This document shows positions 40,716 through 51,127 of a stretch of 64,000 nt of DNA, in pieces. Made by a program: the position numbers and the translations under genes. How positions within the stretch are numbered: position 1 is the first letter of the stretch; every line of letters starts with the position of its first letter. This stretch comes from Methanomassiliicoccaceae archaeon (GTDB lineage: Archaea; Thermoplasmatota; Thermoplasmata; Methanomassiliicoccales; UBA472), in the NCBI GenBank assembly GCA_963768775.1, contig CAVYIY010000005.1:79776-143775 (forward strand). The letters run 5' to 3'. The notes beneath the pieces were generated by a model that ran no database searches, was not told the DNA's origin, and saw nothing but the letters and a program-made list of their open reading frames with translations.

Positions 40716-41603
40716 TCATTGGTCGTTGAGCATTCTCTTGACCTGCGCATACGTGAACACCGGCCCGTCGACGCAGACGTATACGCCGCCGATATTGCAC
40801 CTGCCGCACTTGCCGATGCCGCACTTCATCTTGTTCTCCAGCGTCGTATAGATCTGCTCGTCCTTCCAGCCTAGCTTCGCCAGGCTCCCGATGCAGGTCT
40901 TGATCATGATCGGAGGACCGCAGATGACAGCCAGCGCATTCTCCGGGTTGCATTTCAATGCCAGCACGGTCGTGGCCACGAATCCGGTGAATTTCCTGCA
41001 CGCGGGGTCGAATTTCGCCAGCTCCGGGTTCTTGTTGTCGAGCGGGAACCAGCCCGGCTCCTCGACATCGATGGTCCGCCTGACGTCGATCGCGCCCTCC
41101 TGCTCCAGCGCGTCGATCTCCGACTTGTACGAGAGGTCGCGCGAGCTGCGCGCGCCGTAGATCAGGTGCAGCTCGCCATAGTCCTTCTTGTTGTCCACGA
41201 TGTAGTTCATGACCGAGCGGACCGGAGCCATGCCGATGCCGCCAGCGATGAAGTAAATGTTCTTGCCCTTCCACTCCTCGACCGGGAAGCCGTTGCCGTA
41301 AGGCCCGCGGATGCCCAGTTCTTCGCCGACCTCGAGCTCGTGCAGCTTCTCCGTGACCCTGCCCGTGCGCACCACGCTGAACTCGATGTACCCCTTCGTT
41401 GGCGACTGCGATATCGCGAACATCGATTCGCCCTTGCCGAACACGGACACCATGCAGGTCTGCCCTGGCCGGTACTTCATCTGGAAGTTCTTGTCCTTGA
41501 AGGCGACCCGGAAGGTCTTCACCGCCCTCTCGCCGGTCGTCTCCTGCGTGATCTTGATTATCTCGGCGATTTGCGGAACGTAGTGGTTCTCGCAGCTCAT
41601 CAT
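40716..41603 (-). CDS. FAD/NAD(P)-binding subunit (FlxA/AsrB/sulfhydrogenase-gamma type)
   Basis: PGQ, IRGPYGNGF, AGGIG.AP, CGPP.M, MKCGIGKCGRC...VC.DGPVF [2Fe-2S] motif. Confidence 0.9.
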   Translation of the reverse strand: MMSCENHYVPQIAEIIKITQETTGERAVKTFRVAFKDKNFQMKYRPGQTCMVSVFGKGESMFAISQSPTKGYIEFSVVRTGRVTEKLHELEVGEELGIRGPYGNGFPVEEWKGKNIYFIAGGIGMAPVRSVMNYIVDNKKDYGELHLIYGARSSRDLSYKSEIDALEQEGAIDVRRTIDVEEPGWFPLDNKNPELAKFDPACRKFTGFVATTVLALKCNPENALAVICGPPIMIKTCIGSLAKLGWKDEQIYTTLENKMKCGIGKCGRCNIGGVYVCVDGPVFTYAQVKRMLNDQ

Positions 41604-42626
41604 TTCACCTCGCTGATCACCTTGGTGATGTCCAGGCCCGCGGGGCAGAGCGCTATGCACCTGCCGCAGCCGACGCACAGATAGCGGCCGGTGCTGTCCT
41701 TGGAATACTTGAACTTGTGGTAGTACCGGTTCCGCAGCTTCTGCGCCTTCCCGGTGCGCGGGTTGTGGCTCGAGGTGTGCATGGTGAAGTTCGCGAATTG
41801 GCAGGAGTCCCAGGTCCGCACCCGCTTGCTTCCCGGCTCGTCGTTTATGTCGAAGCAGTGGCATGTCGGGCAGTAGTAGGTGCAGGCGCCGCAGCTCAGG
41901 CACCTCTTCGCCACATCGTCCCAGTACTTGCTGTCGAATGACGAATCCAGCTTGGCGATGGACTCTGCCGGGATCTTCCTGGTGAACCCTTCCGCCGGAT
42001 TCGGCCTTCTTGATGATTTCGCCCTTCCTCTCCTCCTGCTTGGAGGATGGTTTCCCCAGGTGCCCTTTCAGGGTTTCGAGGATCTTGCTGCCCTTGTCGG
42101 TCATCCCTTCGGCATAGTAGGAGTCGCCCACGTCATACAACATCACGTCGCTGCCCTCCGTCGCCGCCGGGCTTCCGCCGGTCGACGGGCAGAAGCAGGT
42201 CTGGTCGGCGGGGCCGTCGCAGGCAATGGTGAAGATCGTGACCTTCTCGCGCCGCGCCTTGTAGTACGAGTCGATGAACTTGCCGCCGCAGAACACCCTA
42301 TCCAGGTGCGCGATGGCGATGGCGTCGCAAGGCCTCACACCGAAGATGACCTTCTCCCGGTCATCGGACTTCGCCGGAGTGACGGTGATCTTCCCGCCCT
42401 CCTTCTTGTAGGTCAGGAGGAGCTCCGTCTGCGGGAACAGTATGGCCTTGGGCGGTACGTCCGGCCTGCAGTCGAGTTTCGCGTCGGCGGCGGACGCGTC
42501 CTTCCCCAGCTCCCGGTATTCCACCAGGCCTCGCTTGTTCTTTACGGGGACGTAGACCACGCTGGCGCTGCGGAGCGCATTCAGCGCGTCCGCGATTCCT
42601 TCTTTCTTCAAGATGTATTTGCTCAT
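41600..42626 (-). CDS. 4Fe-4S dicluster subunit (FlxB/AsrA type; frameshift ~41990)
   Basis: PPK...FPQ.E, GVRPCD, CFC.S.G, CLSCGAC...CPTC.CF, R.WDSC, CVGCGRC...CP. Confidence 0.88.
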
Positions 42627-42642
42627 GCTTCCACCTCCCCGT

Positions 42643-44004
42643 TTACATTATGAACCCGTTTTCGTCTTCCATGTTGGACATGGCGATCAACGGCTTCTGG
42701 CATTCCTCGCTGGCAGCCTCGTACTTGAACAGCTTCTTGACGTCCTTCTCGAGCTTCGCGGTGAGCAGCCTGAGCGGAAGCCTCTGCGGGCACACGCGCT
42801 CGCACTCGCCGCAGTCGACGCACCTGCCAACAAGGTGCGGCAGGCGAGCAAGGTGGTAAACCAGATTCTCCGAGACGTTCACCGATCTCTCGGCCCATCT
42901 CGGCTTGTGAGCTTTCTCCTCGGCGGTAGTGTCCGGTTTTATCGCCACTTCCGTCGGATCGAGCAGGCACTCCTCGCAGTAGCACACCGGGCAGGAGCGC
43001 TTGCACGCGTGGCAGCGGATGCAGTCCGCGAGGATGTCCTCCCAGAGCGCCCATCGCTCCTCGGGCGTCATCTTCTCGATGGCCTCGATCTCGCTGTAGT
43101 CCTTCTCGTCCTCCGGGACTTTCTCCGACGCAAGCACGTCGTAGACCACAGGATTCCTCATGGCGCACTTCACGCATTTCTTGTAGAGGGCGCCTCCCGC
43201 GCGCTTGTCGGCGACCCCAGTGCACGGGACTCCGATGATGAAGATCTCCTTGCGCGACAGGATGTTCTCGTTCAGCAGCAATCGGAGAGCCTTCGAGTCG
43301 CAGCCCCTGACCACGATGCCGACGGGCTTGACGATCTTCTCCTTCCCGTCGCGCGTCTTGCCGCGTTGGCTCCGGATCTCCTGCGTCAGGTAGGTCACCA
43401 GGTTGTTCGCGCAGTTCTTGTTGAACGAGAGCTTATCGATGTCCTCCTCGGTCTCGGCGAAGAGCGGTGTGCCGTCTGCACTCCAGCCTATGACGCATTT
43501 CAGGCCTCTCTCTCGCAGCGCCTTCTTCGCTTCCTCTCGGATCTTCTCGTCGCTCAAGTTCTCCTCCTCCCTTTCCTGGCTCTCCGCCTTGAATTTCGTG
43601 TTCGGTCCCAACTTCCTGACCTTCTCGACGGTCGTCTTTACGACATCCGCGAACTTGCCGCCCTCGCTGGCCGACACCCAGCTCATCTGGAACCTGTCAG
43701 CCTCGATTCCCATGTAGTCGAGCATGCTCCTCAGGAGCTGGAGGTTGCGTCGGGTGTAGAGGTTGCCCTTGAGATAGTGGCAGTCACCCGGATGGCATCC
43801 CGACACCAGCACGCCGTCAGCGCCGTCCTTCAGCGCGCGGAGCACGATCATGGGCGATATCCTGCCGGAGCACATCACCCGGATTATCCTGATGTTCGGC
43901 GGGTACTGCAGGCGCGAGACGCCCGCGAGGTCGGCGCCGGCATAGGAGCACCAGTTGCACAGGAACGCAACGATCTTCGGCTCGAAGACCGGCTCAGCCT
44001 TCAC
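42643..44004 (-). CDS. MvhD fused to an FdhB/FrhB-like 4Fe-4S domain (FlxDC-like)
   Basis: FLCNWCSYAGADLAG, CSGR, GCHPGDCHY; then GCD, CIRCHAC...CPVCYC..C, RCVDCGECERVCP. Confidence 0.88.
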   Translation of the reverse strand: MKAEPVFEPKIVAFLCNWCSYAGADLAGVSRLQYPPNIRIIRVMCSGRISPMIVLRALKDGADGVLVSGCHPGDCHYLKGNLYTRRNLQLLRSMLDYMGIEADRFQMSWVSASEGGKFADVVKTTVEKVRKLGPNTKFKAESQEREEENLSDEKIREEAKKALRERGLKCVIGWSADGTPLFAETEEDIDKLSFNKNCANNLVTYLTQEIRSQRGKTRDGKEKIVKPVGIVVRGCDSKALRLLLNENILSRKEIFIIGVPCTGVADKRAGGALYKKCVKCAMRNPVVYDVLASEKVPEDEKDYSEIEAIEKMTPEERWALWEDILADCIRCHACKRSCPVCYCEECLLDPTEVAIKPDTTAEEKAHKPRWAERSVNVSENLVYHLARLPHLVGRCVDCGECERVCPQRLPLRLLTAKLEKDVKKLFKYEAASEECQKPLIAMSNMEDENGFIM

Positions 44005-44052
44005 ACCTGAGTCGCTTGCCCGCCTCTGTGCCCTCTGCTGCCTGGCTTCCGC

Positions 44053-47048
44053 TCATTCGTTCCCCTCCTCGCAGAACAGGGCGTCGATGACCTCGATGAT
44101 CTGCTCGTCCCGGAACCCTTTCTGCTGTATCGCACCAGACTTGCAGACCGCGTTGCATGTGCCGCAGCCCTTGCACAGCGCCTCGTTCACCTTCGCCTTG
44201 CCGTCGATCTTCTCGATGGCGCCGAACGGGCAGACCTGTATGCAAAGCTCGCAGCCGGTGCAGCGGTTCGCGTTCACGGTCGCGGTGATGCCCTCCGCCT
44301 CGATCTCGTTCTTTGAAAGTACCATGCAGGCTCGCGCGGCTGCGCCCAAAGCCTGCGATATGCTCTCGTCGATGAACCTCGGGCTGTGCGCCGTGCCGCA
44401 GAGGTAGACACCCTCGGTCGCGAAGTCGACTGGCCGCAACTTCATGTGCGCCTCGAGGAAGAATCCGTCCTTGCTCAGCGGCACCTTCAGCATCTTGGCC
44501 AGCTCCTCGTTCCCCTCGTTGGGCCTGATGCCGACGCTCAGCACGAGCAGGTCCGGCTTGATCAGCACGTCGTTCTTGAGCACCGTATCAAAGGAGGTCA
44601 CTTCCAGCTGACCGTTCTTGCTCTCGACGCGCGGCATGGTGCCCTCGGGGAATCTCAGGAAGTTGACGCCAAGGTCCCCCGCCTCCCGATACAGGTCCTC
44701 CCTGAACCCGTAGGTGCGGATGTCCTTGTGCAGGATGTAGACCTCGGTCGACGGACTGGCCTTCTTGATGTCGATGGCGTTCTTCACCGCATTGGAGCAG
44801 CATACCCTGCTGCAATAGGGCACCTCCTCGTTCCTCGAGCCGACGCACTGGATCATCACGACCTTCTTGGCCTTGAGCGTCTTTTCGTCCAGTTGCTGCT
44901 CCAGCTCGAGCTGGGTGACCACCCTCTTGTCCTGGCCATACAGGTACTCCTTTGGTTTGTACTCGTTGGCGCCAGTAGCTACGATGACGGTCCCGGCCTC
45001 GATCTCGCCGTCGGTCGTCTTGACCTTGAAATTGCCCACGAACCCGCCGACATCCAGGACATGGGTGTTGAGATGCACCGTGATGTTCTTGGCGTCCCTG
45101 ACCTTGCCGATGAGCTCGTTCATGAACTCCTTGGGCTTGCGGTCGCCCTCCTTGTGATGGAGCCTGGCCAGAGTGCCGCCGAGCAGCCCCTCCTTCTCGA
45201 TGATGTGGACCGAATAGCCTTGATTCGCGATATTGAGCGCAGCGGTCATCCCGGCCAGTCCTCCTCCCAATACCACGGCGGAGTGGATGACGGGAAGCTT
45301 CGACTTCTTCAATGGCTTCAGCATTCTCGCCTTGGCGACCGCCATGCGCACCAGGTCCTTGGACTTCTCCGTCGCCTTTGCCGGTTCATGCATATGGACC
45401 CACGAGCACTGGTCCCGGATGTTGGTCATCTCGAAGAGGTATGGGTTCAGCCCTGCGTCCATGCAGGTCTCCCGGAAGAGCGGTTCGTGCGTCCGCGGGC
45501 GAGCATGATGCGACGACCACGCGGTTCAGGTTATGCTCCTTGATCATCTCTTTCATCTTCTTCTGGGTGTCTTGGGAGCAGGTGAACATGTTCCTTCCCG
45601 CATAGACGACGCCGGGTAGGGTCTTGGCGTATTCCACCACCGCGGCCACGTCGACCACGCCGGCGATGTTGATGCCGCAGTGGCAGACGAACACGCCTAT
45701 CCTCGGCCGCTTGGCGAAGACGTCCATCTCCGGCGGGAACTCCCTGATGGTGACGAGCTTCCCCCTTTCGGAGGCTATGGTGGATGTCGCCAGCGCCGCT
45801 GCGCCGCTCGCCTGCGCCACCGAGTCCGGGATGTCCTTCGGGGCGGCGAAAGCGCCGCTGACGAATATTCCCGGCCTTGATGTGCTCAACGGCGAGTAGT
45901 ACATCGGTCTCACAGAATCCGTACTTGTTCAGCTTGAAGCCGAGCTTCTTGCTCAGCATCTCTCCGTCAGCGGCAGGCCTCATTCCAACTGAGAGCACCA
46001 CCAGATCGAACTCCTCGGTGTTGCTCTCATCGCCGACGCTGTACCTCAGGAACAGGTTCTTGGTCTCCGGGTCCTCCTCGACCGAGGCCACCCTGCTCCC
46101 GCGGTACATCTTCACTCCGTATTCCTTCTCCGCCCTCTCGCGGTAGTATTCGAACTCCTTGCCGACCGCTCTCACATCCATGAAGAAGATGGATGGCTTC
46201 AGCCCCGGCGTGTGCTCGCCGGCAATGATCGCTTCCTTGATGGCGTACATGCAGCAGACCGAGGAGCAGTAAGGATTGCCGACTTTCTCGTCCCTCGATC
46301 CGACGCATTGGATGAACGCGACCTTCTTGGGGATGTCGCCGTCGGACGGCCTCAAGACGGTGCCCATGTACGGACCGGTGGCGCTGAGCATCCTCTCGAA
46401 CTCGATGCTGGTGACCACGTTCTTGTACTCGCCGTAGCCGTATTCCTTCTTCAGCCTGGCATCGAATTCCTCGAAGCCCGGGCAGAGGATGATGGAACCG
46501 ACCGGGATCTCTAGGGTTTTATCGGAAAGCTCGTAATCGATGGCCTTGGCAATGCACGATAGCTGGCAGGCACCGCATCCAATGCATAAATCCGGATCAA
46601 TGCTGTAAACCAGCGGCACGGCCTGTGAGTACAGGACCGAGATGGCCTTTCTTCTCTTGAGCCCCTGGTTGTAATCATCCGCCGATTCGATCGGGCAGTT
46701 CTCGGCGCAGACGCCGCAGCCCGTGCAGATGTCGGCCTTGATCTTGGGAATCCTCTGGGCTATGGTGACCTTGAAATTACCTGGCTCTCCTTCCAGGTTG
46801 CTGATCTCCGCATTCGTGATCAGGTCGATGTTCTGGTTCCTCCCTGCCGCCACCAACTTCGGTGCCATGATGCACATCGAGCAGTCGTTCGTGGGGAAGG
46901 TCTTGTCCAGCTGGGCCATCGTGCCCCCGATGCTCGCCCTCTTCTCCACCAGGTAGACCTTGAAGCCCGAGTCGGCCAGGTCCAACGCGGTCTGGACGCC
47001 GGTGATACCTCCGCCGACCACCATGACAGAACCGACTTTCTCCGTCAT
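44053..47048 (-). CDS. hdrA: Large (~1000 aa) heterodisulfide reductase A-like flavoprotein, copy 2 (frameshifts ~45900 and ~45500)
   Basis: Two GGGxxG FAD sites, LDKTFPTNDCSMC, CSSVCC, CSRVCC, IGVFVCHCG, ferredoxin motifs, EAHMKLRPVD. Confidence 0.92.
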
Positions 47049-47821
47049 GTCAGCATGCCTCCTGCGGCGATCGCTCTGTACTTCGGAGTCATGCCCACGA
47101 TGGCGTCCATGGCGATCAGGTTCTTCGATCTGAGTACGACGATCTGCTCCAAGACCTCGTCCGCTGGGGTTTCCAACTCCTTGGCCATTTCCTTCACTGA
47201 GAGGGGCTTATCCTTGGTGAGCTGAAGGATGAAGTTCCTCTCGAACTCCTCCTTGAGAGCTATTTCAATGAGGGCATCCAGCTTCTTCGCGTCGATTAGC
47301 TTGTCATAGACATTTCCAGTTTGGAGGCTGATCTCCTTCCCGTTCAAAAGCCTCAGGCGGTACGCCTGGGCGGTCTCGATCGCCGCGTCGAGCCTCTTTC
47401 GAAGCTTCTCGTCCGTATTGATATTCAAAGGCCCGAGCTTCCTAATCCTCTCCACGAAATCGGTGACCAGGTCAGCGAACCTCCTTCCTTCGGAAGCGGA
47501 AACCCCGTAGAAATCGATCCTTTCGGGTTCGAGGCCAGCCATCTTCATCAAGCTCTTGGCCAGGGCAATCCTCTTCTCGGTGTAGTAATTGCCGGTGATG
47601 TAATGGCAATCGCCAATGTGACATCCCCCAATCAGCACGCCGTCCACCCCTGACTTGAACATCTCCAGCAACATATGCGGGGTGACCCTGGTGCTGCACA
47701 TTACCCTCAAGACCCTGATGTTGGTTGGATACTGGTACCTGCTGACCCCGGCCAGGTCGGCTCCGGCATAGGAGCACCAGTTGCAGAGGATGCCGACCAC
47801 CTTTGGCTCGAAGTCGGTCAT
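47045..47821 (-). CDS. mvhD: MvhD with ~120-aa C-terminal extension ending in a winged-helix-like domain
   Basis: CNWCSYAGADLAG, GCH.GDCHY, SASEG; C-terminal ILQL....PLSVKEMAKEL.....EV......L...NLI. Confidence 0.85.
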   Translation of the reverse strand: MTDFEPKVVGILCNWCSYAGADLAGVSRYQYPTNIRVLRVMCSTRVTPHMLLEMFKSGVDGVLIGGCHIGDCHYITGNYYTEKRIALAKSLMKMAGLEPERIDFYGVSASEGRRFADLVTDFVERIRKLGPLNINTDEKLRKRLDAAIETAQAYRLRLLNGKEISLQTGNVYDKLIDAKKLDALIEIALKEEFERNFILQLTKDKPLSVKEMAKELETPADEVLEQIVVLRSKNLIAMDAIVGMTPKYRAIAAGGMLT

Positions 47822-50800
47822 TCGCTCACCTCGTTGAGGATGGCCCTGGCCGCAGCAAGAAGCTGCTTGTCTGTGAAGTGCGTCGAGACTATCGCACCAG
47901 TGGGGCAGACGGCCCCGCAGCCTCCGCAACCCTTGCACATCAGCGGGTTCACCCTGGCTTTCGAGACTCCAGGGGAGATCTCTACCATACTGACCGCCTT
48001 GTAAGGGCAGACCCCTTCACAGGTGCCGCACGCCCTGCATTTCGTCTCATCGACCACAGGAACGAACGCAGTCCCGGTCAGCTCGTCCTTGGAAATAATG
48101 GTCATGGCCCTGGCGGCAGCGCCGGAGGCCTGGGCGATGGTCTCATCCATGAACTTCGGCCAATGTGCCAGACCTGCCAGGAATATACCATCGGTGGCGA
48201 AGTCCACCGGGCGAAGCTTCATATGCGCCTCGAGGAAGTAACCGTCCTTGCTCAGCGGCACCTTCAGGAACCTTGCCAATTCTTCATTGTCCTGGTTCGG
48301 GCGTATGCCTGTGCTCAGGACCACCAGGTCGGGCCTCAGCCTGATCGTATCGCCGAGGACGACGTCATCGACCAAGACAGAAAGGCCAGTGCCTTGCTTC
48401 TCGAGCTTCGGGTCCGCATTCTCATCGAAGCGGACGAACTTCACGCCCAGCTCTCCAGCGAGCTTGTAGTAATCCTCGCGGAAACCGTAGGTGCGGACGT
48501 CCTTGTGCAGGATGTAAACATCAGTGGACGGGGAGGTCTTCTTGATGTTGATGGCGTTCTTGACCGCCTCCGTGCAACAGACCCGACTGCAATACGGCGC
48601 TTCCTTGTTCCTTGAGCCAACACATTGGATCATGACCACGCTCTTCGCATGGACCGGTCCTTTGAGCAGCTTCTCTTCGAGCTCCCACTGCGTCACGACC
48701 TTCGGGTCCTGCCCGTATAGATACTCCTTGGGCTTGTACTGCTGACCGCCGACCGCAACCACTATCGCGCCGGCGTCGATCTCATCGCCCTTAGACGTCT
48801 TCACCTTGAATGCGCCGACGAACCCTCCCACATCCTTTACGGAAGTGTTCAGGTGCACCGTGATTTTGTCATTCTCGCGGATGCGGGAGACAAGGTCATT
48901 GAGGTACTGGGACGGCCTGACGCCGTCCTCCTCGTTCTGGATGTTTTTCATGTTGCCGCCCAGCTCACCCTCGCGCTCGATGATGTGCACTGGGAAGCCC
49001 TGCGCGGCGATATCCAACGCCACCGTCATGCCGGCCAGTCCGCCTCCGATGACCACGCTGGAATGCAAGACGGCCAGCTTGGACTTCTTGAGCGGCTCTA
49101 GCAGGCGGGACTTGGCGACGGCCATGCGCACCAGGTCCTTGGACTTCTCCGTCGCCCTCTCCGGCTCATGCATGTGTATCCACGAGCACTGGTCGCGGAT
49201 GTTCGCCATCTCGAACAGGTAGGGGTTGAGCCCAGCCTCCTCGATCGTGCTCTGGAAGAGCGGTTCGTGGGTGCGGGGCGTGCAAGAAGCGACGACCACA
49301 CGATTCAGCTTGAGCTCCTTGATCCGCTGCTTGATCTTCTCCTGGAAATCTGCAGAGCAGGTGTACTTGCCCTCTTCGGAATGAACAACGTTCGGAAGGG
49401 TCTTGGCGTATTCCACGACCTTCGGGACGTCGACCGTGCCGAGGATGTTGATGCCGCAATCGCATACGAACACTCCTATCCTCGGCTCCTGGCCCTCAAC
49501 CTGTATCTCAGGCACCTCGGCCTTCACATAGTGGACGCGGTTCTGGTACACCTGTCCCCCGGCCTTTGACGCCGCTCCGCTTGCCTCTGCCACTGACTGT
49601 GGGATATCCTTGGGGGCGCTGAAGGCACCGGTGACATAGATGCCGTCCCGGCTCGTCTCCAATGGCTTGAACACCGATGTCTCGGCGAAGCCATAGCTGT
49701 TCAGGTTGAAATCAAGCGCTTTGGATAGCTGGTGAGCACTGGCGGGTGGCTCGAACCCGACCGATAGAACCACCATGTCGAACTCCTCGGCGTTGCTCTC
49801 GGCACCGTTGCTGTAGCGGACTAGCAGGTTCTTGGTCTCCGGGTCCTCCTCGACCGAGGCCACCCTGGTTCCGCGGTGTATCTTGATACCGTATTCGTTC
49901 TCGGCGCGGGCGCGGTAGTCTTCGAACTCTTTGCCGAAGGCCCTCACGTCCATGAAGAACATGGTGGGCTTCAGGCCTGCGGTGTGTTCGCCGGCGATGA
50001 TGGCCTGTTTCAACCCATACATGCAGCAGACGGAGGAGCAGTAATTATTGCCGACCTTTTCGTCTCTAGATCCGACGCAGGAAAGGAACGCTACCTTGGC
50101 AGGGGTTCTCTGGTCCGAAGGCCGCACGACATGGCCCTGGTATGGGCCAGTGGCTGACAGCACCCTCTCGAATTCCAGCGAAGTCATTACGTTCTTGAAT
50201 TCGCCATGACCGTATTCCTTCTTGAGCTTCGCATCGAAGATCTCGTATCCCGGCGCGAGGACTATCGCACCGACATGGACCTTTTCGATGACCTCTTTCA
50301 TTTCAAAGTCGATTGCGTCAGCCGGACAAACCTTCTTGCAGTTGCCGCAGCGTCCTTTTGTCAAGAATAGGCACTTCTCCGCATCAATGGTATACTTCAT
50401 GGGGACCGCCTGGGCGTAAGGCACATAGATGGCTTTGCGTTGCACCATCCCCAAATCGAACTCGTTGACGGTCTTTGAAGGGCACTTCTCCGCGCACAGA
50501 CCACAGCCAACGCAACGGTCTTCACGCACGTATCGGGGATGCCGTTTTACCGACACCTCAAAGTCTGGGACCTTGCCTTCGACGCCGACGACCTCGGATA
50601 AGGTCATCATCGTGATCATCGGGTTCCTGGCCGCCTCCACCAGCTTCGGCGATAGAATGCACATGGAGCAGTCGTTCGTGGGGAACGTTTTATCCAGTTG
50701 GGCCATGACCCCACCGAGGCTTGGGCTCCTCTCGATGAGATAGACCTTGAACCCGGAATCTGCTAGATCCAACGCGGTCTGGACGCCGGAGATGCCCCCT

Positions 50801-50835
50801 CCGATTACCAACACTGAGCCAATCTTTCCCGTCAT
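47818..50835 (-). CDS. hdrA: Large (~1005 aa) heterodisulfide reductase A-like flavoprotein, copy 1 (intact)
   Basis: Same two-FAD-domain architecture: GGGISG, GGGLAG, CSSVCC, CSRVCC, four ferredoxin-type motifs. Confidence 0.95.
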   Translation of the reverse strand: MTGKIGSVLVIGGGISGVQTALDLADSGFKVYLIERSPSLGGVMAQLDKTFPTNDCSMCILSPKLVEAARNPMITMMTLSEVVGVEGKVPDFEVSVKRHPRYVREDRCVGCGLCAEKCPSKTVNEFDLGMVQRKAIYVPYAQAVPMKYTIDAEKCLFLTKGRCGNCKKVCPADAIDFEMKEVIEKVHVGAIVLAPGYEIFDAKLKKEYGHGEFKNVMTSLEFERVLSATGPYQGHVVRPSDQRTPAKVAFLSCVGSRDEKVGNNYCSSVCCMYGLKQAIIAGEHTAGLKPTMFFMDVRAFGKEFEDYRARAENEYGIKIHRGTRVASVEEDPETKNLLVRYSNGAESNAEEFDMVVLSVGFEPPASAHQLSKALDFNLNSYGFAETSVFKPLETSRDGIYVTGAFSAPKDIPQSVAEASGAASKAGGQVYQNRVHYVKAEVPEIQVEGQEPRIGVFVCDCGINILGTVDVPKVVEYAKTLPNVVHSEEGKYTCSADFQEKIKQRIKELKLNRVVVASCTPRTHEPLFQSTIEEAGLNPYLFEMANIRDQCSWIHMHEPERATEKSKDLVRMAVAKSRLLEPLKKSKLAVLHSSVVIGGGLAGMTVALDIAAQGFPVHIIEREGELGGNMKNIQNEEDGVRPSQYLNDLVSRIRENDKITVHLNTSVKDVGGFVGAFKVKTSKGDEIDAGAIVVAVGGQQYKPKEYLYGQDPKVVTQWELEEKLLKGPVHAKSVVMIQCVGSRNKEAPYCSRVCCTEAVKNAINIKKTSPSTDVYILHKDVRTYGFREDYYKLAGELGVKFVRFDENADPKLEKQGTGLSVLVDDVVLGDTIRLRPDLVVLSTGIRPNQDNEELARFLKVPLSKDGYFLEAHMKLRPVDFATDGIFLAGLAHWPKFMDETIAQASGAAARAMTIISKDELTGTAFVPVVDETKCRACGTCEGVCPYKAVSMVEISPGVSKARVNPLMCKGCGGCGAVCPTGAIVSTHFTDKQLLAAARAILNEVSE

Positions 50836-50836
50836 T

Positions 50837-51040
50837 TCAAGCACTTCCAGCTACCCATTGTAATAGGACTTGTTCCTTCTTTGCTGTAAAATGCGAGCCC
50901 TCGCGCTCTCTCATTGCCTCGCGGATCGAGGTAGTATCGACGGTCTGAGCGAGATCGATAGCCTGTTCCTTGAGGTCCGCAATCTGCGGCTCGCATCCTT
51001 CGCACCCTGCGAAGTTGATAACTGCTATCTTTGGCTTCAC
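50837..51040 (-). pseudogene. Truncated [NiFe]-hydrogenase small subunit (HydD/HoxY/MvhG-like) N-terminal remnant
   Basis: KPKIAV..FAGCEGC...I.DL proximal-cluster motif, then loss of similarity and stop after 67 aa. Confidence 0.7.
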
Positions 51041-51077
51041 GACGTAGCCCCTTGATGAACTCGTGAAATAGTTGACG

Positions 51078-51127
51078 ACTATAAAAATGCACTCAAAATC
51101 TGGGTATGATTGGACTCACCCAATCAT
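51078..51127 (-). promoter_or_regulatory. hdr-cluster promoter: TTTTTATA box plus upstream palindrome ATGATTGG-N6-CCAATCAT
   Basis: Perfect 8-bp inverted repeat at 51106-51127, ~20 nt upstream of the TATA-like box. Confidence 0.55.

Noticed and set aside
40677-40874. Pyrrolysine read-through at TAG stops, or selenocysteine in HdrA/MvhD
   Set aside because: TAG-ending genes look full length for their families, and Hdr/Mvh ligand positions are Cys codons with no in-frame TGA seen.
40716-42626. 636-aa AsrA-AsrB fusion in the ORF track
   Set aside because: Caused by the frameshift near 41990; the real AsrA-like C-terminus ends at 41600 in another frame and overlaps the AsrB-like start.
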